A DNA stretch of 42,027 nucleotides, taken from positions 1-42,027 of IMG/VR virus record IMGVR_UViG_3300012347_000028; one strand, 5' to 3'. This document shows, piece after piece, positions 1-9,500 of the stretch. The notes under the pieces are model-generated. The model was given only the letters and a program-made list of their open reading frames with translations, ran no database searches and had not been told where the DNA came from. This stretch comes from a virus. Taxonomy: Duplodnaviria > Caudoviricetes. The position numbers and the translations under genes are program-made. Numbering within the stretch: the stretch's first letter is position 1; each line of letters starts with the position of its first letter.

Positions 1-1
1 A

Positions 2-454
2 GACGATGTTCCTGGAACTGATGTTGTTGAGGAGTCAGACGATATGTCTGGTACTGAAGACGACGAAGAAGAGGTAGCAAAGTCGGACTCGGTTGCTGAA
101 GAGGTATCTAAGTCAGATGAGGCTATTGTTGACGCAGTAGCTGAAATCAAGAACTCTCTAACATCAGCCTTTAGCGATCTAGCACTAACCATTAAGTCTC
201 TAAACGAGCAGGTTTCTGCACTAAACAAGTCTCTTGACGAAGCAAACGGTGAAATCGCATCTGTAAAGAGCGAAATCTCGAATGCCAAGAACGAGTTTAA
301 CGAGTTTGGAAAGAGAGTAGACGCTGTTGAAGCTGACACTGCTTTCCGTAAGTCTGGCGATCTAGGCGAGATCGTACAGGAAAATGAACCAGAACTGGTT
401 CAAAAATCCCTATGGGGCGGTCGTTTCCTCAAAACTGCCGACTTATTGAAATAA
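2..454 (+). CDS. C-terminal part of capsid scaffold / prohead protease-scaffold protein (5'-truncated by window)
   Basis: Frame is open from base 2. Acidic and coiled-coil-like sequence, directly upstream of the major capsid gene, many K-S dipeptides. Confidence 0.65.
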   Translation, partial: DDVPGTDVVEESDDMSGTEDDEEEVAKSDSVAEEVSKSDEAIVDAVAEIKNSLTSAFSDLALTIKSLNEQVSALNKSLDEANGEIASVKSEISNAKNEFNEFGKRVDAVEADTAFRKSGDLGEIVQENEPELVQKSLWGGRFLKTADLLK

Positions 455-483
455 TAAGAACATTATCACAGGAGGTGAAAAAT

Positions 484-1599
484 ATGTCGGAAGAAATTAA
501 GAAAAACTATCCAGATGCAGCAGGTGACCCAACCGTAAACGGTGAAGGTGCTTTCGCTTCTGGAGGCATTGGTGGTGTGGCTGATCCAGGTGCAAGCACC
601 CTCGGTAACATCCCAACTGCAAACTATGGTCTAACAACTGGACCAAATGCCGTCAATCCTTCGGGTGATGCAGGCAGCGGTATCCTACGCCCTGAACAGG
701 CACGTCGTTTTATTGACTACGTATGGGATGCTACTACTCTCGCCAAGGATGGTCGTCGTGTAACTATGAGAGCCAACACTATGGAGCTTGAGAAGGTTAA
801 CGTCGGTGAGCGTGTAATTCGTGCTGCTGCTCAGGCAAATGCTGACTATACAAACACAGGTGCTACCTTTAGCAAGGTTGAGTTGACTACCAAGAAGATT
901 CGTCTTGACTGGGAAGTTTCAGCTGAGGCTCTAGAGGATGGCATCGAAGGTGCTGCTCTCGAAGATCACCTAGTTCGCTTGATGACAAATGCATTCGCAA
1001 ATGACATCGAAGATCTAGCGATCAACGGTACAGGTACTGGTTCTAACGCATTCCTTTCAATCATGGAAGGTTTCGTAAACAAGATCAAGACCAACGGTGA
1101 CGCACACGAAGCTGTTGTAACAGTAGCAGATAACGCATGGACTCCAGAGGTAATGCAGAACATTATTCTTGCAATGCCTCGCAAGTACCGTGCACTTAAG
1201 AGCAATCTTAAGTTCTACGCTGGTACAGACGCTTTCCAGGGCATCGTAAAGAACAATGGTACTCTTGCTGACGCAATCGCTGAAGCATTTGCTGGTACTC
1301 CAGCAGGTACTCCTGCAAACCGTCAGGCTTACCTAGACGGTGCTGCACAGACATTCGGTGGAGCACGTACTACTCGTGTTCTCGGAATCGACGTACAGGA
1401 AGTTCCTTACTACCCAGAAGGTTACGTTGACCTTACATTCCCTCAGAACCGTGTTTGGGGTTTCCAGCGAGACATCACTGTAAACCGTGAATACAAGCCA
1501 AAGAAGGACACAATTGAATACACAGTATTCGTCCGCTTCGGTGTTCAGTGGGAAGAGGAAGACGCTGTCGCATTTGCTGATGCAGCTGCAGATAGCTAA
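484..1599 (+). CDS. Major capsid protein (HK97-like fold)
   Basis: RBS GGAGGTG before ATG 484 (ORF-track start 412 is too far upstream). Motifs GILRPEQARRFID, EVSAEALEDGIEG and EDLAINGTG are typical of HK97-type MCPs; position after scaffold. Confidence 0.9.
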   Translation: MSEEIKKNYPDAAGDPTVNGEGAFASGGIGGVADPGASTLGNIPTANYGLTTGPNAVNPSGDAGSGILRPEQARRFIDYVWDATTLAKDGRRVTMRANTMELEKVNVGERVIRAAAQANADYTNTGATFSKVELTTKKIRLDWEVSAEALEDGIEGAALEDHLVRLMTNAFANDIEDLAINGTGTGSNAFLSIMEGFVNKIKTNGDAHEAVVTVADNAWTPEVMQNIILAMPRKYRALKSNLKFYAGTDAFQGIVKNNGTLADAIAEAFAGTPAGTPANRQAYLDGAAQTFGGARTTRVLGIDVQEVPYYPEGYVDLTFPQNRVWGFQRDITVNREYKPKKDTIEYTVFVRFGVQWEEEDAVAFADAAADS

Positions 1600-1613
1600 A
1601 CCTTAGCACCCTT

Positions 1614-1649
1614 GAGGGGGCAGGGGCATTGCGCTCCTGCCCTCTTTTT
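1614..1649 (+). terminator. Intrinsic terminator after major capsid gene
   Basis: GC-rich stem GAGGGGGCAGGGGC...GCTCCTGCCCTC followed by TTTTT. Confidence 0.8.
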
Positions 1650-1658
1650 GCATTAATC

Positions 1659-1667
1659 TGTTATAAT
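1659..1667 (+). promoter_or_regulatory. Extended -10 promoter (TGtTATAAT)
   Basis: TG-n-TATAAT just after the terminator and upstream of the RBS AGGAGG of the gene at 1686; no -35 box seen. Confidence 0.7.
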
Positions 1668-1685
1668 TAATATTTAGGAGGTACT

Positions 1686-2126
1686 ATGTCAGACGAAATT
1701 AAGAATGATGATATAGAGGTCGCAGCAGAAGAGCTAACCGCAACTGAGGAGCTAGCTGTAGATCTAGGCATTGAGGCAACAATTGAAGAAGTAAAAGATG
1801 ACGCACAGGCAGAGGGAGTTATTTCTGCTCCAGAGCCAGTAGAATCTGTAAAGAAGGTGCCAGCAATTGCACCAGTTGCAGACGGAGTTATTGGATCAGC
1901 TTCTGCTTCAGTTACCAAAGCAAACAAGAAACCAAAGGCTGTAGAAGGCAAAGAGGTAGAAAAGGTTGCAGTTTACTCAAGCAAGAATGTTACTTGGACT
2001 GGCGTTGGCAAGGTGTATGTTGGTTTCAACATCGTTACCAAGGACCAGGCAGACAAGTGGCTTACTCGCAACCACACCAGACTAGCTACACCAGATGAGG
2101 TAGCTAAGGAGTTTGGTGTTCTTTAA
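1686..2126 (+). CDS. Hypothetical virion-associated protein (acidic N-terminus)
   Basis: Strong RBS, 146 aa, between MCP and head-tail adaptor. Confidence 0.7.
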   Translation: MSDEIKNDDIEVAAEELTATEELAVDLGIEATIEEVKDDAQAEGVISAPEPVESVKKVPAIAPVADGVIGSASASVTKANKKPKAVEGKEVEKVAVYSSKNVTWTGVGKVYVGFNIVTKDQADKWLTRNHTRLATPDEVAKEFGVL

Positions 2127-3043
2127 TGGAAATTCTTAGACTTCTACCCTATGGTTCAACATCAGTTGACGTGAGTCTACCAACCGCCAATTATGTCGGG
2201 GTACCGCTAACGGTAACAATCACTGACCTAACAGATATAAGTACACTAGCTACACTAGGTGTAGATATTCTTACTTCTGTAACAAAGATCTCAGTAGACT
2301 TGCCAAACACATACGATGCGGACTATAGGGTAGAAGTCAGGATTGCCGAAAGCTCAGAGATTATCGCAGACGAAGTCTTTGAACTTAGAAGACCATACGT
2401 AGACCCAAACACAAAGGGTACTACAGCTTCAGAGATTGCAGAATATGCTCAGCACGAAGAGCTGGCAAGAGCAATCATTGACTCATACATTCCAGACGGA
2501 TTCTACTACCAGAAGAGAGCAGTCCTGACCACTGGTCAAGGAACTGACTACCTACCTATTTGGGTAGATGCGAAGAAGGTAGTTAAAGTCTACGAAAACA
2601 ACGTGCTAGTCTATGACGCAAACAACGCATCAGCTTATGGTAGAGCATTTGAAATCTCACCAAACAAGGCATCAATTATCGAGAGCTACTCTGGACAGGT
2701 AAACAGACTTGAGTCAGCTCCAAACGTATTGCCAGCTAGCCCATCAGACATTCTAGACATGACCTGGGGCTTTAGAGGATTCCCAAAGACCTATGACTAT
2801 ACTCTAGTCCTTGCTACAGGTCACCCATCGGTGCCATCAGACATCGTCAAGGCTACAGAGCTTTTGGTCTCAGACATTAGCTGCGGTAAGCTAGACTACT
2901 TTAAGAGATATGTCTCAGACTACAACACCGATCAGTTTAGAATTAAGTTTGATTCTAAGTCTTTCGAGGGAACAGGAAACCTAATAGTAGACAAGATTCT
3001 TTCTAGATATCAGAAGTCTATTACAACAATCGGGGTATTGTAA
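2126..3043 (+). CDS. Head-to-tail adaptor (connector) protein
   Basis: Synteny; C-terminal VPSDIVKATELL...GTGNLIVDKILSRY resembles adaptor family; stop/start overlap with previous gene. Confidence 0.65.
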   Translation: MEILRLLPYGSTSVDVSLPTANYVGVPLTVTITDLTDISTLATLGVDILTSVTKISVDLPNTYDADYRVEVRIAESSEIIADEVFELRRPYVDPNTKGTTASEIAEYAQHEELARAIIDSYIPDGFYYQKRAVLTTGQGTDYLPIWVDAKKVVKVYENNVLVYDANNASAYGRAFEISPNKASIIESYSGQVNRLESAPNVLPASPSDILDMTWGFRGFPKTYDYTLVLATGHPSVPSDIVKATELLVSDISCGKLDYFKRYVSDYNTDQFRIKFDSKSFEGTGNLIVDKILSRYQKSITTIGVL

Positions 3044-3044
3044 A

Positions 3045-3494
3045 ATGTCTTGCGGAACTAACACAGACTTCATGTTTCCACTAGAGGTGGATATCTTCTA
3101 TCCTATAGTCGCTCAGGGCGGATTTGGAGAGGTTAAGAAGAGCTGGGTAAAGGATAGAACTATTGGATGTAACTTTAGTTCAGCAGGTTCCGCATCAAAG
3201 GAAGACGTAAAGCCAAACGTAAACATTACCAATGAGCTAGTGCTAGTTGGTCGTGTAAAGACAGACCTTCGTGTTTCAAGTCTAGATAGTAACAACGCAG
3301 TAACCAATGTAATCCTGACAAACATTCGTGATAAGAGCTGCAACCAGGTCTACACAGAAACATCTGGCGTAAGAGCAGGCAAGGCAACTATTTTTGAGAT
3401 AGCTTCTAACGAGCCATTCGTTGGTCCATTCGGTAGCGTAGAATACTTCAACGTAGTATTACGCAGATCAGAAAATCAAGGGGCAGACGTATGA
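3045..3494 (+). CDS. Head-to-tail stopper / head closure protein
   Basis: Synteny, 149 aa, beta-rich with GGFGEVKKSW motif like SPP1 gp16-type proteins. Confidence 0.6.
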   Translation: MSCGTNTDFMFPLEVDIFYPIVAQGGFGEVKKSWVKDRTIGCNFSSAGSASKEDVKPNVNITNELVLVGRVKTDLRVSSLDSNNAVTNVILTNIRDKSCNQVYTETSGVRAGKATIFEIASNEPFVGPFGSVEYFNVVLRRSENQGADV

Positions 3495-4165
3495 TAAGCG
3501 CAACCTTTAACGTTAATTCATTTGTCAAAGATATTCGTAATGTGATCAAATACTCTGAGGGATTTGTAGACGGTGCTAAGGATGCAGTGCCACAGCTAGT
3601 GGATACTATTGGTCAGTTCACAGTAGAGGCACTGAAGAACTATATTGACTCAAATGCAAGACTGTCGCCACAGGCTTTACATCACGTATACGAATGGGAG
3701 AGAACTGGTAGCCCAGCTGCCAGGTTGTTCGACATCGACTATCGTGTTGCTGGTAATGGACTTTCTTTCTCATATACATTTAGCCAGTCTCAATCAGTCA
3801 AGTCTGGGTCTAAAGTCCCATTCTACAATAAGGCAGAGATTATGGAGAAGGGTCTCCCAGTTACGATTGTTCCAAAGAAGTCAGTCCTGTCATTCGAGGT
3901 AGACGGAGAGCAAGTCTTTACTAAGGGACCAGTAAAAATAGATAACCCAGGCGGTGCTGCTGTAGAGGGAGCATTTGAAAAAAGTCTAGACTCATTCTTT
4001 AACAACTACTTCTCCCAAGCGTTTTTGAGATCTAGCGGACTACTAGATCACCTAAAGACACCAAAGGAGTATGACAAGTATTTCCCAAGGTCAAAGACTG
4101 GCGGTAAGGCAGCAGGAAGAAAAGCTGGTACCGAATGGGTATCTAAGGCAGGAGTAAACTTATAA
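3491..4165 (+). CDS. Neck / tail completion protein (putative)
   Basis: Synteny between stopper and tail terminator; ATGA overlap. Confidence 0.5.
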   Translation: MISATFNVNSFVKDIRNVIKYSEGFVDGAKDAVPQLVDTIGQFTVEALKNYIDSNARLSPQALHHVYEWERTGSPAARLFDIDYRVAGNGLSFSYTFSQSQSVKSGSKVPFYNKAEIMEKGLPVTIVPKKSVLSFEVDGEQVFTKGPVKIDNPGGAAVEGAFEKSLDSFFNNYFSQAFLRSSGLLDHLKTPKEYDKYFPRSKTGGKAAGRKAGTEWVSKAGVNL

Positions 4166-4692
4166 TGGCAATAACTCACCCACCAACACTTATCAATAGA
4201 TACCTCCAAGAGAAGGTCTCTCAGGACGACAGATTTGGCTTTACTATCCCATTCATGCCAACCATGCCAACAGACATCGAAGCTCTAACCAGTCTTTTCC
4301 CAGATGCTGCAAATAACGTATTTGCGGTATATGACAGAATGTTTAAATATCGTAGAACGCCATTCCCACACATCAAGTGCGAACAGCTACTGTACTACTT
4401 CTACAAGACAGCAGGAGACCCAGTCAAGCTACTCAAGACTACTCAGAAGATACACGACCTGCTTGACAGGGAAGACGAGTCAGCTCAGGAACTAAATGCC
4501 TGGATATCTACAAAGGTAGTCAATGGTGTCATTACTCTAGACGGAGAAGACTTCAAGCCAGTATTCTTCCACAATGTAAAGGTCTATCAGCTAGAGGAGA
4601 CCAGAGACATCGTTGACTTCGGTACAGCCAGAACCTTTGCTGGGAATAAGGTAATCATTGACTACGACTACCACACTGTCGATTATCAATAA
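4165..4692 (+). CDS. Tail terminator protein (putative)
   Basis: Immediately upstream of major tail gene; 175 aa; TAATG coupling. Confidence 0.5.
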   Translation: MAITHPPTLINRYLQEKVSQDDRFGFTIPFMPTMPTDIEALTSLFPDAANNVFAVYDRMFKYRRTPFPHIKCEQLLYYFYKTAGDPVKLLKTTQKIHDLLDREDESAQELNAWISTKVVNGVITLDGEDFKPVFFHNVKVYQLEETRDIVDFGTARTFAGNKVIIDYDYHTVDYQ

Positions 4693-4705
4693 TTTATCAA
4701 AAGCC

Positions 4706-4714
4706 TGATATAAT
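4706..4714 (+). promoter_or_regulatory. Extended -10 promoter (TGaTATAAT) for major tail gene
   Basis: TG-n-TATAAT in intergenic gap. Confidence 0.7.
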
Positions 4715-4767
4715 TAACTTGAGGAAACACGCCCACTAATTCCATATAGAAAAAAGAGGTGAAAAAT

Positions 4768-5400
4768 ATGGCATATAACAGAGGTACAAACAGCCAGATC
4801 ATTGTTGGTGCAGCTGCTCTCTTCACATACGAAGACGGCGAACTAGCAAACAATCTGCTTCCTGCTTATGAAGCAGGCGTATCATACAAGGACACTCTGG
4901 AGGACAATGCTGATTTCCGTAACGTAGGTTACACTATGAACGGTCTTGAGCTTTCATTCCAGCCTGACTTCGGTGAGGTAGCAGTTGACCAGTTGCTTGA
5001 CGTAGCTAAGCTATACAAGCAGGGTATGACTGTAAACCTAAACACCACATTCGCAGAGGCTACTCTAGAAAACCTTCTATTCGCAATCGCAGGTAAGGGC
5101 GGTGTTGGCGGTGACCTAACCACAGTAGGCGGTAACCCAACACTAGAACTTAATGCAGGCAATATTGGTGAGTGCCCAGTCGAGCGTGGTCTAATCGCAG
5201 TCGGTCCTGGTACTGGTGACTGTGCAGCAGGCAGCTCAATCGAGCGTGTCTACGTTGCATACCGTGCGCTATCTATCGAGAACGTAACTGTATCTGCAAA
5301 GCGTGACGAAGCTACAATGTTTGAAGTTTCGTTCCGTTTGCTACCAAACAACGACGCTACCTACGGTAAGATCGTTGACCGTACAGTCGCAAACTCATAA
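4768..5400 (+). CDS. Major tail tube protein
   Basis: RBS GAGGTG before ATG 4768. Motifs VGYTMNGLEL, VDQLLD and FAEATLENL typical of siphovirus tail tube proteins; followed by terminator. Confidence 0.85.
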   Translation: MAYNRGTNSQIIVGAAALFTYEDGELANNLLPAYEAGVSYKDTLEDNADFRNVGYTMNGLELSFQPDFGEVAVDQLLDVAKLYKQGMTVNLNTTFAEATLENLLFAIAGKGGVGGDLTTVGGNPTLELNAGNIGECPVERGLIAVGPGTGDCAAGSSIERVYVAYRALSIENVTVSAKRDEATMFEVSFRLLPNNDATYGKIVDRTVANS

Positions 5401-5417
5401 TAACTTAATATAGAGCG

Positions 5418-5449
5418 AAGCCGTCAAGACTTATTGTCTTGGCGGTTTT
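5418..5449 (+). terminator. Intrinsic terminator after major tail gene
   Basis: AAGCCGTCAAGAC-ttatt-GTCTTGGCGGTTT hairpin followed by T-rich tract. Confidence 0.75.
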
Positions 5450-5456
5450 GCATTTT

Positions 5457-5465
5457 TGGTATACT
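5457..5465 (+). promoter_or_regulatory. Extended -10 promoter (TGgTATACT), leaderless transcript
   Basis: -10 ends 6 nt before ATG 5472; no convincing SD. Confidence 0.65.
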
Positions 5466-5471
5466 TATAGG

Positions 5472-6152
5472 ATGGCAACTAAAGTATATGAAATAGAGCT
5501 AGTCAGCACGGTAGACGGACTGATCCTAGAAATAACACCACTTAAGATAAAGTTTCTCAGAGAGTTCCTTGTAGCATTCGAAGGCTTGAGATTATCCAAA
5601 GGTGAAGAAGCAGGGATGGATGCCCTGTCACGCTGCATCCTGATTACAATGAAGCAGTTCTTGCCAGAGATTAAGACGATAGAACAACTTGAAGACACGT
5701 TTGATCTTCCAACTATGTATAGAATTCTAGACATCGCTGCAGGTGTTAAGATTAACGAGAAGTCTCAGGAAACCCCAGTGGAACAAGCAAAGGAAAGCGG
5801 TACAAGCTGGGAAGACATGGACCTAGCTAAGTTAGAGTCAGAAGTATTTTTGCTGGGTATCTGGAAAGACTATGACGAACTAGAAACGTCTCTATCTATG
5901 CCAGAGCTAGTAGCAACACTAAGTGCAAAGCGAGACCTTGACTATAGCGAGAAGAAGTTCTTTGCAGCTATTCAAGGTGTAGACCTCGATGCCCAAACAG
6001 GTAAGTCAAATGCCTGGGAAGACATGAAGGCAAGAGTATTCAGTGGTGGTCAAGCCACCAGTGCAAATGACGTGCTAGCCCTACAAGGACAGAACGCAGC
6101 CAAGGCTGGTTTCGGTATTGGTATGGGGCTAGACTACGAAAGAATAGACTAA
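5472..6152 (+). CDS. Tail assembly chaperone, long form (G-T-like, in-frame fusion)
   Basis: Between major tail and TMP. N-terminal ~94 aa paralogous to the 6207 gene, plus an extra C-terminal domain. Start taken at MATKVY. Confidence 0.75.
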   Translation: MATKVYEIELVSTVDGLILEITPLKIKFLREFLVAFEGLRLSKGEEAGMDALSRCILITMKQFLPEIKTIEQLEDTFDLPTMYRILDIAAGVKINEKSQETPVEQAKESGTSWEDMDLAKLESEVFLLGIWKDYDELETSLSMPELVATLSAKRDLDYSEKKFFAAIQGVDLDAQTGKSNAWEDMKARVFSGGQATSANDVLALQGQNAAKAGFGIGMGLDYERID

Positions 6153-6168
6153 AAAAATAAACAGTCTA

Positions 6169-6177
6169 TGCTATAAT
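6169..6177 (+). promoter_or_regulatory. Extended -10 promoter (TGcTATAAT)
   Basis: TG-n-TATAAT upstream of RBS AAGGAGG of the 6207 gene. Confidence 0.7.
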
Positions 6178-6206
6178 TAATAAGACCCTTAAAGGAGGAC
6201 TATAAA

Positions 6207-6527
6207 ATGACAACAACCATCAACGAACTAAAGACAGTCGATCTACTAGATGGAACTCAAATCAACGTAAGACCACTAAAGGTATCCCTACTTCGTGAAT
6301 TCACAAAGAAGTTTGAGGGCATTGCCGATGTAGCGGACGATAACGACAAATCAATTGACTTGCTAATGGAGTGTGTCCAGATTGCAATGAAGCAGTACAA
6401 GCCAGAGCTATCGACAGACGCAAAGGCACTTGAGGATCTTCTTGACCTCCCAACAGTATATAGAATCGTGGAAGAGGCATCTGGCATTAAGCTTGCAGAT
6501 GCAGCAATTCTAGGCGGTATTGCCTAA
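6207..6527 (+). CDS. Tail assembly chaperone, short form (G-like)
   Basis: 106 aa, directly upstream of TMP, strong RBS. Confidence 0.75.
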   Translation: MTTTINELKTVDLLDGTQINVRPLKVSLLREFTKKFEGIADVADDNDKSIDLLMECVQIAMKQYKPELSTDAKALEDLLDLPTVYRIVEEASGIKLADAAILGGIA

Positions 6528-6549
6528 CCAAAAAGGATGTAGAATTTGA

Positions 6550-9500
6550 ATGACTGATATCAACTCCAATGTTCGCTTAGATATAGACGGTAGCGGTGCG
6601 TTAGCGACTCTAAAAGAACTACAGAGACAGATATCAGTCTTTCAATCTGCAATGGCAAAAGGCAATGCAGCCAATAGGACTGCAGCCTCTAATCTTCAAA
6701 AAGATTTAATAAACAACATCAATGCGACTGGTCAGTTCGCAGCTTCTATGAAGGATGTTCGTACTGGCACAGAACAGTTCACAACCGCTCTAGAGAAAAA
6801 CAAGCTATCGCTTGGAGAGTACTTTAGATACGGCATGGGTTCTACCAAGACATTTGGTAGAATGTTCAAGACCGAGATGGCAACTGTAGAAAAGGTTGCT
6901 CGTGAACGTGTCAAGACAATTCAGACTCAGTACATCAAGCTAGGCAGAGATGCCAACGGTGCGATGAAGTCTATCGCTGTTAGACCACTAGCCCTTGACA
7001 TGGGAAACCTAGCTACCAAGACAGCTATCGCTGCTCAAAAGCAGCAGATCTTTAATCAGGTACTTAAGCAAGGTTCAACAAACCTTCTCAACTTCGGTAA
7101 GAACACCCAGTGGGCTGGTCGTCAGCTTATGGTTGGTTTTACAATCCCACTAACCATGTTTGCTACCACTGCTGGTAAGGCATTCATGGACATGGAAAAG
7201 CAGATTATTCGCTTGCGCCGTGTCTACGGTGACTTTAACACAACAGTACAGCAAACAGATGCCATGGTCGAAAGCGTTAGGAACCTAGCTAACGAGTTTA
7301 CCAAGTATGGTGTAGCCGTAGAAAAGACTATGGGTCTTGCTGCAGACGCAGCTGCCATGGGTAAGCAGGGAGCAGACCTAACTGCTCAGGTAACGGAAGC
7401 AACTCGACTAGCCGTTCTTGGTGGGGTAGAGCAGGCTCAAGCACTTGAGACTACAATTTCACTTACCAACGCATTCGGAACAGCAGCCGATAAGCTTGCA
7501 GGAAAGATTAACTTCCTGAACTCAGTAGAAAACCAGACGGTAACATCTATTGAAGACCTTACAATTGCTATTCCAAAGGCTGGTCCTGTAGTACAGCAGC
7601 TAGGTGGAGACGTAGAAGACCTAGCATTCTTCCTAACCGCTATGCGTGAGGGTGGTATTAATGCGTCAGAAGGTGCTAACGCACTAAAGTCTGGTCTCGC
7701 ATCCTTGATCAACCCAACAGCAAAGGCTTCTGAATTCCTACAAGGGTTCGGTATCAACATCAAGTCTATTGTTGAGTCAAACAAGGGAGACATCAGCGGT
7801 CTAGTCGTTGACTTCGCTTCTGCTCTGGATACCCTAGATCCTCTAAACCGTGCACGTGCAATCGAGCAGTTGTTCGGTAAGTTCCAGTTCTCACGTCTTT
7901 CTACACTATTCCAGAACGTAATCAAGGATGGCACCCAGGCATCGCAGGTACTGAAGCTAACAAGAAACAGCACAGAAGAACTTGCCATCGTAGCTGAGCG
8001 AGAACTAAAGAAGTTGGCAGACTCGCCACTTACTAAGTTCCAAAAGTCTGTAGAAGACCTTAAGGCATCTTTGATTCCACTAGGTGAGCAGTTTATCAAG
8101 ATTGCCACTCCTATTATAGAGTTTGCAACAAAGGCTCTAAAAGAATTCAGCAAGCTAGACGAAGGAGCTAAGGGCTTCGTTGTAGCCATGACTGCAGGTC
8201 TAGGCTTGATTGGTCCAGTAGCCATTATGACATTCGGTCTTTTGGCTAACGGTGTAGCCAACATTATCAAGGGCTTTGCAGCCATGAGAAATGTATTCCT
8301 GAAGCTAAAGGGTGGAACTGGTGCACTCGGTGAGAGCGTCAGCTACCTAACCCAGGAGCAGCTAGAGGCACTGTCAGTATCAGCTTCGTTGAACGCAGCT
8401 CACCAAAAGCTAAGACAGACCTATACCTCTGAGAAGAATGCAGTTGATAATCTAACAGCAGCCTACGTCAGAGCGACAACGGCTCAGGCTGGCTTTGCTG
8501 TTCCTGCCACAAAGAGATCTCGTCCAACAAAGAAGTATGCTAGCGGTGTTGTCTCGGTTCCAGGTCCAAAGGGTGCAGGCGACATTATTCCAGCTATGCT
8601 CGCCCCAGGCGAAGCAGTTATTCCTGCTAAGATGGCAAGCAAGTACTCTGGTCTAATCCAGGGTATGGTTGCAGGAAGCATCCCAGAATTTGCTAAGGGC
8701 TTCCTTGGTATGCCTAAGTCGTTCAAGCGTGTTTCTAAAGAGCGTGAAAACGCAAAGGAAATTTTTGACCTATTCCAGCAGAGCAAGAGATTTAAGGATC
8801 AGGCTCCAGAGAACTACATGGGTCAGGTTAAGTCAAGTGGTGGTCACAGCTTCCCAATATTCGGTTTGGGAGGTACATACCGTAAGCCAGATGGTTCTCA
8901 GGTATTTGTTAAGCCTGTTATGGATGAGAAGGCTGCCCTAGCCGAGGTACGTGCAACAAAGATTGCAAGAGAAGCTCATGGTCTACAGTCCCCAGAGCAG
9001 AGAATCGTAGTAATGAAGGATCCAACCGACAGGACTGGAACAAGAAAGTTCCTAGCTCTAGAGTCACCAGTTGATCCAAAGTTTGCAACACCTACTGGAA
9101 AGTTTACCAAGAAGCAGTACTTCCAGCAGCTTCTAGCATCCCTTGTAAGAGGAGATAAGGACCTTTCTGCTGACAACGTTTATGGAGATGTCTTGCCAGA
9201 CGTTGGTACAGCTGGTGTCTTTAGCCGTGCCTCTGGCGTACGTGACTACGAGCCAAACATGCCATCACTTGAAGAGCAGGCAAAGATCAACCTGCTTGCA
9301 GTAAAGGGTGGAGCAAAGAAGGCATTCGCAGAGTCAACAGCAGACATGGTTCGTGGCATGTCAGCACAAGAATACTCAAGTGCCATGCGCAACGAGATTG
9401 AGGAAGTTCTTCCAAAGCTAAAGGCAAGTATCAAGTCTATGAGCCTAGGTCCAGATGAGCTGCCTTACTATGAAGCAATGGTTAAGAGACTGGAAGACGG

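Noticed and set aside
412-483. ORF-track N-terminal extensions for MCP (412), and likewise 4759, 5439, 23176, 30244, 40907
   Set aside because: SD or promoter position, or the expected N-terminus, supports downstream starts at 484, 4768, 5472, 23236, 30250 and 40916.
6140-6550. Slippery sequence for a chaperone frameshift (A-runs at 6151-6157 and 6530-6534)
   Set aside because: Both A-runs lie at or after stop codons, and no shifted frame joins the chaperones to each other or to the TMP.
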